This document shows positions 49,822 through 63,347 of a stretch of DNA of 64,000 nucleotides, one piece after another. Source of the stretch: Octopus sinensis (lineage: Eukaryota); assembly GCF_006345805.1 (NCBI RefSeq), contig NC_043026.1, forward strand, positions 8,308,001-8,372,000, written 5' to 3'. The position numbers were made by a program, and so were the translations under genes. Position 1 is the first letter of the stretch, and each line of letters starts with the position of its first letter. Under the pieces are notes generated by a model. The model saw nothing but the letters and a program-made list of their open reading frames with translations. It was not told the DNA's origin and ran no database searches.

Positions 49822-49866
<45 letters not shown>

Positions 49867-49868
49867 AT

Positions 49869-50105
49869 AATTAGGGTTCAGCAAAGATTTGCTTTACCAC
49901 ATAGCGAAGTTTAGAAATAGCAGGCAAAAAACCTTAGCTATTCTTTCTACTTTAAAAAGGGACTCCCAGAAAAACCAAAATACTTGAAAACAATCTTGGT
50001 TTTTCTGGGAGTCCCTTTTTAAACTAGAAGAAATAGTTAAGGTTTTTTGGCTACTATTTCTAAACTTTAGTATGTTGTAAAGCAAATCTTTGCTGAACCC
50101 TAATT
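49869..50105. mobile_element. Near-palindromic MITE in a laminin intron
   Basis: TA|GGGTTCAGCAAAGATTTGC ... GCAAATCTTTGCTGAACCC|TA; arms pair almost to the centre (GGGACTCCCAGAAAAACCAA / TTGGTTTTTCTGGGAGTCCC). Confidence 0.8.
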
Positions 50106-50920
50106 TTACCGTGAAATGGTCCTTTTTCATAAAATTAATTAATTTTATCCTTCGTTGTGCCCTTTTCAAGCCTACCCAGGCTCATGGGCCCAGTTTCCTG
50201 GTTTCTATGGCGTATGTATTCCTCCCAAATGGACGGAACACCAGTCCATCGTAGCATTAGTCAAGAAACAGGAAGAAAGAGTGAGAGAAAGTTGGGGCGA
50301 AAGAGCACAACAGGGGTCGCCACCACCCCTTGTAGAGCTTTAGGTGTTTTTGCTCAATAAACACAAACAATGCCCAATCTGGGAATTGAAACCGCGATCC
50401 TCCGACCGCGAGTCCACTGCCCTAACTACTGGGCCATTGCACCTCCACTATATATATATATATATATAGATAGATATATATATGTGTGTGTGTGTGTTTG
50501 TGTGTCTGTGTTTGTCCACCTACCATTGCTTGACAACCGATGCTGGTGTGTTTACGTACCCGTCACTTAGCGGTTTGGCAAAAGAGGCCGATAGAATAAG
50601 TACTGGGCTTACAAAGAATAAGTCCCGGGGTCGAGTTGCTCGATTAAAGGCGGTGCTCCAGCATGGCCACAGTCAAATGACTGAAACAAGTAAAAGAGTA
50701 AACAGTATATATATATATATATATAATGGGCTTCTTTCAGTTTCCATCTACCAAATCCACCCACAAAGCTTTGGTCGGCCCGAGGTTATGGCAGAAGATA
50801 CTTGTCTACGGTGCCATGCAGTGGGACTGAACCTTGAACCATGTGGTTGAGAAGCAAGCATCTTACCACACAGCCACTCCTGTGTGTGTGTGTAAATTCT
50901 ATATAGAATAATATATTTAC

Positions 50921-51017
50921 CTGTCACAATTCTCTCCTGTATACTGTGGTTTGCACATACAACGTCCAGAGCCTTCTTCACAAGAACCAGTTGAGAATCG
51001 GGAGCGACACTGACATT
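50921..51017 (-). CDS. LAMA5: Laminin alpha exon, LE3 (QCQCRSRFSTGSCEEGSGRCMCKPQYTGENCDR)
   Basis: Acceptor ttcttcctgcag, donor gtaaat, 97 nt, phase 1 to 2. LE cysteine spacing. Confidence 0.9.
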
Positions 51018-51269
51018 CTGCAGGAAGAAATAGAGATAGCTAGACACCTTGATGGGGAAATCCATACATTTATATATATATATTATATATATAATATATA
51101 TAAAATTCAATAGACACAATCCATATTTTTATGTGCTACTAGTAGTTTCTTGTGCTGAGAACTTGCCAAACAAAATTTTATAACACATCTAACATCTCAG
51201 TACAGTCATCAGGCACAGCCCACATGGCATAACCTATATATATATATATATATATATATTGGTTGGCAT

Positions 51270-51570
51270 CCTTTTTGTCTCGGGAGACAATGGAGTTGCG
51301 CATAAAATAGTCTAGTCTGGCTTTTACATTTCATGTCCTGATACATTTCCTGCTGTGGCTGTGTAGTTCTATCCTGGACAAACACTCCCTCTGGTAGGTG
51401 CCGCAAATGTAACGAAGACTGTTCCTGGCTGGTTGTAATATCATAGTTTCTTGTTGACGCCTTTTCTTGTCTTTCCATTTCTCCTCTCTCTCTCTGTCAC
51501 TCCTTTGTGTTTCCTCTTTTACGGTACGTCGCCAATCTCCACGGTTGCTGGCAACTGCTTCCCAATTGCT
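51270..51570 (-). mobile_element. RTE (BovB-like) LINE C-terminal fragment
   Basis: WEAVASNRGDWRRTV...CGTYQRECLSRIELHSHSRKC, the CCHC-like RTE terminus. Confidence 0.7.
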
Positions 51571-51585
51571 TATGTTTTCAATTTC

Positions 51586-52481
51586 TGAATCAAAATCTTC
51601 CACCAAACCTTAGTCACAATTTGTGTTCCTAACACTAGCTTAATTGATATAACTAAGTTATTTTACTAAATTCTTTGTTATATTTAAAGTAATTGAAAGA
51701 AACACAGAGCATCTCAAAATAAATACGGTAACGAAAGGGTTAAGAAGAAAATTAATCAGCAGAAGACATGAGAGATGGAGACCTCAGTGTGGTCACTTTA
51801 TATGCTAGAAATAACAGCCTAATTTCCTTCAATTTACACCCTTCCAACTGCTTCTAATGTCCATCTGCCCAAATGTAGAGGTGTATTTAACCCTTTTGAT
51901 ACCAACCTGGCTGAAACCACCTCTGGCTCTGTACTACAAATGTCTTGTGTCCATAAGTTTTGAATTCAAATCTTCCACTAAATCTTAGTCACAATTTATG
52001 TTCCTAACACTATCTGAATGATAACTAAGTTATTTTACTAAATTCTTTGTTATATTTAAAGTAATTGAAAGAAACACAGAGCATCTCAAAATAAATATGG
52101 TAATGAAAGGGTTAAGAAGAAAATTAATCAGCAGAAGACATGGGAGATGGAGACCTCAATGTGGTCACTCTATATGCTAGAAACAACAGCCTAATTTCCT
52201 TCAGTTCACACCCTTCCAAGTTCTTATGTCCATCTGCCCAAATGTAGAGGTGTGTTTAACCCCTTCAATACCAACCCGGCTGAAACCGGCTCTGGTTCTG
52301 AGTACAAATGTCTTGTTTTCATAAGTGTTGAATTAAAATCTTCCACCAAACCTTAGTCACAATTTATGTTCCTAACACTAGCTCAATGATAACTAAGTTA
52401 TTTCACTAAATTCTTTGTTATATTTAAAGTAATTGAAAGAAACAGAGCATCTCAAAATAAATATGGTAATGAAAGGGTTAA
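51586..52481 (+). mobile_element. Three piggyBac-type MITE copies separated by duplicated ~140-bp spacers
   Basis: TTAA-flanked copies at 51891-52111 and 52260-52477, a partial copy ending at 51739; period about 369 bp. Confidence 0.8.
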
Positions 52482-52598
52482 AGATTTATGAAAAAATAAT
52501 TTTTTAAGAATGATTGAAATAAATGAAGGTAAAAAAAATGAAAACATCATTGAGAGGAAGTAGACCCTGACCTTATCAGGTCTGCAGTGAATACTTAC

Positions 52599-52689
52599 GG
52601 TGACAGACGTTTGGCACATCCTTAGGTACATTGAAAGGTCGATAGAACCCATCGATACACTGTTCACAGTTGATGCCCTTTGTGTTATG
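52599..52689 (-). CDS. LAMA5: Laminin alpha exon, LE2 second part (HNTKGINCEQCIDGFYRPFNVPKDVPNVCH)
   Basis: Acceptor ctgctcctccag, donor gtaagt, 91 nt, phase 0 to 1. Hand-translated. Confidence 0.9.
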
Positions 52690-54051
52690 CTGGAGGAGCA
52701 GAAAGAGGGGAAAAGATGCATATAGTAAATCTGGTATTAGATGCATGCATATGTGTAGGAGTATGTACGAGTATACGTATGTGTGTGTGTGTGTGTGTAT
52801 ACAGATATATATATAATCTTTATATATAAAACTGAAGTTGTGTGAGAGTCTGTCTCCTCCGATTTAGATTCCTAACTACTCCCACATTTTGCGGAGCAGT
52901 TTAACCAAAAGCGGGTATCTTATAGTCGTGATTCATATCGAGCCCTTCTGGGCATTAGCGCGCGTCTACGTTGAGTCTACGATTTAAAAAAATTACCATC
53001 ATTTTTTCGTTTTTTTAATGCATGTTTTAGTGCATTTTTTGCTCGGTTTATATAAGGGAAGTAACTCTCCAAAAATGCTTATATAGTTATTTCCCTTACA
53101 AACCCGAGCAACACCGGGCGATACTGCTAGTATATTATAGAAAAATAGGGTAAAAATTATCAATTTAATAATTAACAATTTTACCAAGTAGTTCGGCATG
53201 GAAAAAGACCCTTATTGCTAAAAACTTATACAAAAAGTTTTTTAATAATTATAAACATAATTAAGGGATTAGCAAAAAGTTGCTTCACCACATACCGAAA
53301 CTTAGAAATAGCAGTCAAAACTACTAATTCTTCTACTACAATATAACTCCACAGACAGTAATACTCGTAATTTACATATAGGCAAAAAAATATATATATT
53401 AAACAGATATATATAATATATATATATATTATACATATATATATATAATATATTGGTAAAAACGGTAAGATAACAAAAGAAAAAAAGAGACCTCAATATT
53501 ATGTAACTAGAGGAAATTTATCTATACAATAATATGTTACATTACTCGGTAGTCAAGATAAAACTCTGAGTTTCAGATGCCGAAGTGGAAATCCACAACA
53601 CCATCTCTTCGGTTATCTGGCCATCTAGATGGCCAGATAATGGTAACATATTAATTTACAGATATATAATATATAAATATTGGCGCATAAAAAGCACCAT
53701 CCGAACGTGGCCGATGCCAGCTCCGCTTCGACTGGCTTCTGTGCTGGTGGCACATAAAAAGCACCATCCGAACGTGGCCAATGCCAGCACTGCCTTGACT
53801 GGCTTCCGTGCCGGTGGCACGTTAAAAGCACCAACCGATCGTGGCCGATGCCAGACTCCCCTGGCACCTGTGCCGGTGGCACATAAAAAGCACCCACTAC
53901 ACTCACGGAGTGGTTGGTGTTAGGAAGGGCATCCAGCTGTAGAAACACTGCCAGATCAGACTGGAGCCTGGTGCAGCCCCTGGCTTCCCAGACCCCGGTC
54001 GAACCGTCCAACCCGTGCTAGGCAGAAAACGGACATTAAACGATGATGATG

Positions 54052-54082
<31 letters not shown>

Positions 54083-55897
54083 CATACAGATATATAGCCT
54101 GACTATGTGGTTAAAACTGTTGCTTTGAAGTCTCTTGGTTTTTGGTTCAGTCCCATTGTGTGGCACCTTGGGCAAGAGTATTTTTTACCATATTCTCAGG
54201 CTGATCAATGCGTTGTGACCATCTTTGGAATGTGGAAACTGCATGGCAGCTTGTTATCATCATCATCGTGTCGTTTTATGTTCCCTCTCCATGCTGGCAT
54301 GGGTTGGACGGTTTGATTGGGGACTGGCTGCACCAGGCTCCAATCTGATCTGGCAATGTTTCTACGGCTGGACGCCCTTCCTAATGCCAACCACTCTGAG
54401 AGTGTAGTAGGTGCTTTTTACGTACCTATTTCTTTACTACCCACAAGGGGCTAAACATACAGGGGACAAACAAAGACAAACATAGGTAGTAAGTCGATTA
54501 CATCGACCCCAGTGCATAACTGGTACTTAATTTATCGACCCCGAACGGATGAAAGGCAAAGTCGACCTCGGCGGAATTTGAACTCACAACCTAACGACAG
54601 ACGAAATATGGCTACGCGTTTCGCCCGGCGTGCTAATGTTTCTGCCATCTCGCCGCTTTTTACGTACCACCAGCATGGAGGCCAGTCAGACGGTAATGGC
54701 ATCAGCCATGCTCAAATAGTGCTTTTTATGTGCCACTACCATTGGAGCCAGTTAGGCAGCACTGGCACTGACCACACTCAAATGGTGCGTTTTATGTACC
54801 ACCAGCACTGGCAATGATGATATATATGTATCCCCCTCGCTCTTTCGGAGAGGCACCGAGCAGCTATATGCACACATACACACACGGCAGTAACTTCCAC
54901 CTACCGAATTCAATCACAAAGCTCCGGTCGGCTCGGGGCTATAGTGGAAGGCACCCATCCAAAGTGCCACGCAGTGGGATTGAACCCGAAACCATGTAGC
55001 TAGGAAGCAAGCTCCCTAACCACACAGCCATGCCCGTGCCTACAAAAATGTATGCACATATACGCAGCGCTATGCGTGTGGCATGTTTTCTACGGCTGGA
55101 TGCCCTTCCTGACGCCAACCCCCACCTGTTGCCAAGCGAGGTAGGTTTTCCCTCTCTCGATGGACAAATTTCCTTTGATAAACAGGAAGGGCTGCTGTCT
55201 TGTAGACTCTTGACCCCTCTCCTTTGGATTAGTCTAAAGGACTATATTTCCAAGAATTAGGGAATGGAGCAGATAAAGTCCAGACTACATATGTTTCACA
55301 GCCCATGGAAACTCGGAAGTAGTAATTATCATAACGAGGGGTAAACTGCAAGCTGCTCGTTAGGCTAAAGATATCTTGGTTACATGAAATTTACATTGCA
55401 TGTTAGGAGATCCCGTGTTAACTCACACAGGATTTGATCTCACATCCTTCTGCACCAATAAACCCCTATTGTTCCTGAAAGTTGTTTTTTATATTCTCTA
55501 CAGACTGCTTGAAGCTCACTAACTACTACACCTTGATCCTGGATCTTACCTATATATACCTTTGTGTATATATATTATATATATATATATATCTATATAT
55601 ATATATATATATATATATTAACCTATCACACATGGCTAATATGAGCATAATGAGGCAACCATATCTGCATGGCTGAAACAGCTGTAAGATGTAGTTTATA
55701 TTAATTTGTATTTATTTTATCATTATACATACTGTACTTATGTGTATCATATTCTCATTGATTTACATTGTTTTGTTCTATACTATTATGTTTGACCTTA
55801 ATGTCATATGTAGTGGTTTAATAAATTATGTGATTGGGTATTATCTGGTAGTTGATCATTGATTAGAGATGTATTTCTCCATTTTCTTATTTTGTAA

Positions 55898-55937
<40 letters not shown>

Positions 55938-56306
55938 AATAGTAAAAAGTGAAAAAACTACAGAAGGCTTGTTTTAAAAGGTTTAAAAATATATATTTGA
56001 GTCATTATGTCAGAAGAATGTTATAAATTTTTTTTCCTCATACAGTGACATAGTTTTTGAAGAAATTACCGGTTTTGTGTTAACTTTTCAAATTTCTCAA
56101 AACATTGTGTTATGATTTCGTTAAGAAGTGTAAAGAAGAGTTCCAGGTAAGGGGAGGTAATAAGTGATTTCTTCCGTGGTAAGGGAGATAATCGCTTTAT
56201 ATATATATATATATATATATATTCACATACACATATATACCTCTAACATACACACACACACATATATATATGCTTATATATGCACACATATATATGCATA
56301 CACATG

Positions 56307-56342
<36 letters not shown>

Positions 56343-56378
56343 GACATACTGAGTAACTGTATAATGTCCATTACATAC

Positions 56379-56497
56379 CTCGCAGTTCTGGCAGACGCCA
56401 CCTCCATCATAGTTTCCGTGTATGTCCAGTGACAACTTTTTGGTATCTATTTCAGGATCGTAAACACATGCATTTGTGTGTCCATGACAGTTGCATG
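56379..56497 (-). CDS. LAMA5: Laminin alpha exon, LE2 first part (PCNCHGHTNACVYDPEIDTKKLSLDIHGNYDGGGVCQNCE)
   Basis: Acceptor atatatttcag, donor gtatgt, 119 nt, phase 1 to 0. The SLDIxGxYxGGGVC motif is typical of alpha3/5 LE2. Confidence 0.92.
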
Positions 56498-58271
56498 CTG
56501 AAATATATAAACCAGTAACGAGTTTCTGATTAGCAATAGCATATCTGATGATTTGGGCTAACACTGTTTTAAATCATGTGTCACAATAATGTAATTATGC
56601 ATTCTGGTAATGTTTATCTGAATGAAACGGCTGTTGAGCAATATTAACTATATGTGAAATTTAGGCTTTTCTCTTTTCATGCTAAAGGTGTTGCTCTGAA
56701 AGATTATTTTTCTGTTGATTATACATCCAAGCTTATTTATGCCAGGTGATCCAACTTGGATTTACTGCATGTCAGAGTTTAATGATCTGTTCTTAATGGA
56801 GCTTTTAATTTACTTTGATTTCGAAATAAATATCAATGGAAATAGTAGTTGTGATACCTGTGCCGGTGGCACATAAAAAGCACCATCCCAACATGGCTGT
56901 TGCCAGCACCGCCTCGACTGGCTTCTGTGCCGGTGGCACATAAAAAGCACCGTCCGAACGTGGCTGACGCCAGCGCCGCCTCGACTGGCTTCTGTGCCGG
57001 TGGCACATAAAAAGCACCATCCGAACATGGCCGTTGCCAGCGCCGCCTCGACTGGCTTCTGTGCCAGTGGCACATAAAAAGCACCGTCTGAACATGGTCG
57101 TTGCCAGCACCGCCTCGACTGGCTCCAGTGCCGGTGGCACATAAAAAGCACCATCCGAACATGGCCGATGCCAGCGCCGCCTCGACTGTCTTCTGCGCTG
57201 GTGGCACCTAAAAAGCACCATCCGAACGTGGCCGACGCCAGTGCTGCCTCGACTGGCTCCAGTGCCGGTGGCATATAAAAAGCACCATCCGAATGTGGCC
57301 GACACCAGTGCTGCCTTGACTGGCTCCAGTGCCGGTGGCATATAAAAAGCACCATCCAAACATGGCCGATGCCAGCGCTGCCTCGGCTGGCTTCCGTTCC
57401 GGTGGCACGTAAAAAGCACCATCCGATCGTGGCCGTTGCCAGCCCCGTCTGGCACCTGTGTCGGTGGCACGTAAAAAGCACCCACTACACTCACGGAGTG
57501 GTTGGCGTTAGGAAGGGCATCCAGTCGTAGAAACTCTGCCAGATCAGACTGGAGTCTGGTGCAGCCTTCTGGCTTCCCAGACCCCGGTTGAACCGTCCAA
57601 CCCGTGCTAGCATGGAAAACGGATGCTAAACGACGATGATGATGATGATGATAGAAATAAGTACAGTGAAAAACCCTCTTCTAGAATGTACAAGAGCACA
57701 GTCTCTAACTGATGCAAACTTTAATCATCAGATCCCTGACACTGCATGCATAATGAACCCTAGACAATCAAAGAGCTGGGGACACTGTTCTACACTCTGG
57801 CAGCCCCCACCCCCATCAAATAAAAAGGACCCACAAAAACACTCCACAACATAGGACTGCAACACTATCTGATTCAGTCAGTCTGGATACAGCTTCAACG
57901 TACCAGAACATATCTGATCAAAATAACAGCAAAATTGCCCTCAAATCACAATCTATTGTTGTGTGTGTGCGTGCGTGCGTGTGTGTGTATACATGTATGT
58001 ATGAGCCAATAAAGGAAACCTCTACGTGGTAAGTTGGCCTGACAGAAATAGCAGCCAAGCCTCTCTCAAATCTACCCCTTGTGTCTTACATGAATACACA
58101 AACACACACACACACACACATACACACAAGCTTTTGCTTCTCAATCACATGGTTCTGGGTTCAGTCTCTCTGTGTGGCACCTTGGGCAAGTGTCTTCTAC
58201 CACAGCCTCGGGCCAACCAAAGCCCTGTGAGTGGATTTGGTAGATGAAAACTGAAAGAAGCCCATCATATA

Positions 58272-58316
<45 letters not shown>

Positions 58317-58815
58317 GTGTGTGTCAGTGTCTGAGTTTGTCCTCCCCACCATCACCTGACAACCGATGTTGGTGTGTTTACATCCCCATAACTTAGTGGT
58401 TTGGCCATAGAAATCGACACAATAAGTACAAGGCTTACAAAAAATAATTCCTGGGGTCGATTTCCTCAACTAAAAAAAAGGTGGTGCTCCAGCATGGCCA
58501 CAGTCAAATGACTGAAACAAGTAAAAGAACAAAACAATATATGAACTGACAAAGGAGTTCTCCACATGGTAGCTAGACCTGGTTGAGAGAACAGCCAAAT
58601 CTTCCTCAAATCCTAGCAAACTGTTATTAAAGAAAAAACACAATAGGCACAGGAGTGGCTGTGTGGTAAGTAGCTTGTCTACCAACCACATGGTTCCGGG
58701 TTCAGTCCCACTGTGTGGCACCATGGGCAAGTGTCTTCTACTATAGCCTCGGGCCGACCAAAGCCTTGTGAATGGATTTGGTAGACGAAACTGAAAGAAG
58801 CCCGTCGTATATATG

Positions 58816-58873
<58 letters not shown>

Positions 58874-60205
58874 CTGTGTGTCTGCGTTTGTCCCCTAGCA
58901 TTGCTTGACAACTGGTTACTTAGCGGTTCAGCAAAAGAGACCGATAGAATAAGTACTGGGCTTACAAAAGAATAAGTCCCAGGGTAGAGTTGCTTGATTA
59001 AAGGCGGTGCTCCAGCATGGCCGCAGTCAAATGACTGAAACAAGTAAACGAGATAAAAGATAAAAAGAGATAGTGGTTCTGAACGATGGGATGGTCACAT
59101 GTAGAATGGCTTTGTTCTCAGGTCTGCTAGACCAAGTGTGACCTGGAGTTAAAAGTCACCAATGAAGTTTGTGTGGAAGATCACATTAGAAAATGTAGTC
59201 CTAGATACACTATGCCTGAACAAAACCCTGAATGATTTGCAGCCCGTAACATCTATGATGATAGGTTTGTTTGACCAGGACTAACCAGGAGTTAAACAGC
59301 AATAATGAGATAATGTAGTCCTAGAAACACTATGGCCGAATAAAGGTAGGATGGTCAGGGTTGGAACATCATCATCATCGTTTAGCGTTCGCTTTCCATG
59401 CTGGCATGGATTGGACGGTTCAACTGGGGTCTGGGAAGCCAGAAGGCCGCACCAGGCCCAGTCTGATCTGGCAATATTTCTATAGCTGGATGCCCTTCCT
59501 AACGCCAACCTCTCCATGAGTGTTGTGGGTGCTTTTTTTGTGCCGCGAGCACAGGTGCCAGATAAGGCTGGCAAACGGCCACGATCGGATGGTGCTTTTT
59601 ACGTGCCACCGGCATGGGACCCAGGCAAGGCTGGCAATGGCCACAATCGGATGGTGCGTTTTACGTGCCACTGGCATGGAGGCCAGGCAAGGCTGGCAAT
59701 GGCCACGATCGGATGGTGCTTTTTACGTGCCACCAGCACGGAGGCCAGGCCAGGCTGGCAATGCCCACAATCGGATGGTGCTTTTTATGTGCCACCAGCA
59801 CAGAGGCCAGGCGAGGCTGGCAGTGGCCATGATCGGATGGTGCTTTTTACGTGCCACTGGCACTGTTGACAATATATCTTCAGGATCATGATCTGGACTG
59901 AGGACTAGGCAACGTCAAAGAAAGGCACATAAGATGATGTAGTCCTTGATACACTATATCTGAATGGAGACAGGATGGTCACAGATGGAACGGCTTTGAT
60001 CATAGGCCTGCTGGATCAGGATTGACCTAAGACTGAATAGTAACAACAACAACAACATGCTATATAATGTAGTCCTAGATAAACAATGCCTGAATGGAAG
60101 TCAGGATGGTCATGACAAGAAAAACCTTTGTTCATAGGTATGCTGAGTCAGAGTGACCCAGGGTCAAACAACAGCATCACAACAAGCCACAACAGTAATA
60201 CTTAC

Positions 60206-60419
60206 GTTCACACATGAAGTCCTTGTTGGTGGTTACCCTCTGCCACTTTTTCTGGACAAATCCCGGACAGCATCGTTCACATTGGGGCCCACAAGTGTTA
60301 TGGTGACATTCACAGAAAAGCTTGTTTGGTTGAGTTGCATCCCTTTTGTCACATCGCTCAGCATGACCATTGCAGACACAGCGTCCTCCAATGGAAATAT
60401 CTTTGATACTGTAGAAATA
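60206..60419 (-). CDS. LAMA5: Laminin alpha exon, end of LN plus LE1 ([20 protein letters not shown]...FVQKKWQRVTTNKDFMCE)
   Basis: Acceptor ctttgtccacag, donor gtaagt, 214 nt, phase 0 to 1. Confidence 0.93.
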
Positions 60420-60537
60420 CTGTGGACAAAGAAGGATGTTATTCACAATGCAAATGAAAGTTTTTTGCAATTAATATAAAAGCACTTCCCCACTAGCCAT
60501 AAATACAAAAAACTATTCAATAGAAACCCTTTTAAAA

Positions 60538-61204
60538 TTATGGTTGAGTTGCATCCCTTTTGTCACATTGCTCAGCATGACCATTGCAGACACAGCGTCC
60601 TCCAATGGAAATATCTTTGATACTGTAGAAATACTGTGGACAAAGAAGGATGTTATTCACAATGCAAATGAAAGCTTTTTGCAATTAATATAAAAGCACT
60701 TCCCCACTAGCCATAAATACAAAAAACTATTCAAAGAAACCCTTTTAAAATTATGGTTGAGTTGCATCCCTTTTGTCACATGCTCAGCATGACCATTGCA
60801 GACACAGCGTCCTCCAATGGAAATATCTTTGATACTGTAGAAATACTGTGGACAAAGAAGGATGTTATTCACAATGCAAATGAAAGCTTTTTGCAATTAA
60901 TATAAAAGCACTTCCCCACTAGCCATAAATACAAAAAACTATTCAATAGAAACCCTTTTAAAATTATGGTTGAGTTGCATCCTTTTTGTCACATCGATCA
61001 GCATGACCATTGCAGACGCAGCGTCCTCCAATGGAAATATCTTTGATACTGAAGAAATACTGTGGACAAAGAAGGATGTTATTCACAATGCAAATGAAAG
61101 CTTTTTGCAATTAATATAAAAGCACTTCCCCACTAGCCGTAAATACATAAAACTATTCAATAGAAACCCTTTTAAAATTATAGTTGAGTTGCATCCCTTT
61201 TGTC
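60538..61204 (-). pseudogene. Tandem partial duplicates of the laminin LN/LE1 exon, about 213-214 bp period: three copies with acceptor (exon parts 60541-60633, 60754-60845, 60967-61059) plus a fragment (61181-61204)
   Basis: Near-identical units of about 120 nt of intron tail plus the first 93 nt of the exon. TAA follows CAA CCA in two copies, and one copy has a 1-nt deletion. Confidence 0.9.
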
Positions 61205-61786
61205 AATGCCTTGTGAGTGGATTTGGTAGACGGAAACTGAAAGAAGCCTGCCGTATATATGTATATATATATGTGTGTGTGTGTATGTTTGTGTGTCTGT
61301 GTTTGTCCCCTTAGCATCGCTTGACAACCGATGCTGGTGTGTTTACGTACCCGTCACTTAACGGTTCGGCAAAAGAGACCGATAGAATAAGTACTGGGCT
61401 TACAAAGAATAAGTCCCGCGGTCGATCTGCTCGACTAAAGGCGGTGCTCCAGCATGGCTGCAGTCAAACAACTGAAACAAGTAAAAGAGTGAGAGAGAAA
61501 AGAGAAAGAGAATAAGTACCAGGCTTAAAAAATAATTGCTAGGGTTGATTTGTTTGACTACAAAACCTCATGGCAGTGCCCCAGCATGGCCGCAGTGAAA
61601 TGACTGTAACAAGTAAAAGACTGTTCATTGTATGATTTTGAAGCCCTTAGTAACACGAACTGACTCTTCTATCTATCCACCCACCCACCCATCCATACAC
61701 TCACATTCTCAGTTCTACAGCCACTGCCTTCCTGTTCACATCAGAAGTTTCAAGAAGCTACTAAAACAAAACATAATAAAACTCAC

Positions 61787-61957
61787 CCTTCTGGTCACCG
61801 TAGGGTCCTGTCTCCGTACGGCCATCAAATGACCGAGGAGTGTTTTCGTCTGTAGCAAACGGAGTCGCACAGATGTTGCCTTTGTCCAGTCCTGCAGCTT
61901 CTGGGAGTTGGAAAAGTTCTGGGCATTTGGTCTGTCATCGACCAGAGACACAATAAT
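61787..61957 (-). CDS. LAMA5: Laminin alpha LN-domain exon ([57 protein letters not shown])
   Basis: Acceptor gtcttcag, donor gtgagt, 171 nt, phase 0 to 0. TLLGHLM...DPTVTRR is characteristic of the alpha3/5 class. Confidence 0.93.
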
Positions 61958-62064
61958 CTGAAGACAGACGAGATACAAGTGTTTTAATTAAGTAATTAAT
62001 TAATTAATCTGCATAACTAAGTATGTTAGCATGTTATGAGTTCAAATACTACCCATGAAGGAAG

Positions 62065-62082
62065 CATATATAGAGGTATATG

Positions 62083-62120
<38 letters not shown>

Positions 62121-62129
62121 TTTACATAG

Positions 62130-62172
<43 letters not shown>

Positions 62173-62180
62173 ATATATAC

Positions 62181-62212
<32 letters not shown>

Positions 62213-62475
62213 ACATATATATATAATAATACATATACATATATATACTATATATATATATATACATACATATACATACATTTACATATATATAATACAT
62301 ACATATACATATATATATATATATATACATATATATACGTACATATATATATATACATACATTTACATATATATAATACATACATATACATACATATAAT
62401 ACATATATACATACATATACATATATATATATATATATATATATTACATATATATACATACATATATATATATAC

Positions 62476-62515
<40 letters not shown>

Positions 62516-62548
62516 ATATACATATATATACATACATATATATATACT

Positions 62549-62580
<32 letters not shown>

Positions 62581-62822
62581 ATACATACATATATATACAT
62601 ATAATATATATATATATCATATATACATATATATATAATATATACATATATACATATATATATATATAATATATACATATATATATATATAATATATACA
62701 TATACATATATATATATTAATATATACATATACATATATATATATATATATAATATATACATATATATATATTATATACATGACTGAAACAAGTAATATA
62801 TATATATATATATATATATATC
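62065..62822. repeat. (TA)n/(TACA)n compound microsatellite
   Basis: Direct inspection; a similar (TACA)n tract lies at 63680-64000. Confidence 0.95.
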
Positions 62823-63110
62823 TATCATGATCATCATTGTCGGTTGAATATCCACTTTTCCACGCTTGCATGGGTCACATGGCATTTTGTCCTGGTGGAT
62901 TTTCCATGGTTGGGCGCCCTTTCTGTTAATTTCTCCCATTGTTCTCATTGATCCCTTAGCAAAAGGGGTCAGTCAAACGAATCAGGCTGATAAAAAAAAA
63001 AAAATTAATACTGAGGTTGATTTGTCCAGCTAAAATTCGTCAAGGTGGTGCTCCAGTATGGCCACAGTCTTATGAATGAGACGAGAAAAAGATAATAAAA
63101 CTTGGCTTAC

Positions 63111-63347
63111 CTCGCCGTTTTCTAGAGGAACAACTTTGGAAAATTTCGTGGTACAAATAACTTCGTCATCTTCTTCTGGGACTTCTGAAGTGGAGGCATT
63201 GAAGAATTGCAGACATTCGTTGGGGTTTCCGGCAAAATATTGCCATGGGTTCCAAGTCTTACCAAAATCTGTTGATTTTTCGAGAGCCCATACACCTGGT
63301 CGAGGGGAGTTTGCCATTTTGATAAAGACATAAGCCACAAGGAACTC
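63111..63347 (-). CDS. LAMA5: Laminin alpha (LAMA3/5, LanA type) LN-domain exon (EFLVAYVFIKMANSPRPGVWALEKS...VVPLENGE)
   Basis: Acceptor cctttcttcag, donor gtaagc, 237 nt, phase 0 to 0. Laminin N-terminal domain motifs VAYxxIKxANSPRP and VVPLENGE. The symbol denotes the LAMA3/5 clade. Confidence 0.93.

Noticed and set aside
51586-52481. CRISPR-like repeat-spacer appearance here and in the ~62-bp arrays
   Set aside because: Eukaryotic context, spacers are copies of each other, repeats are transposon-derived, and no cas genes are present.
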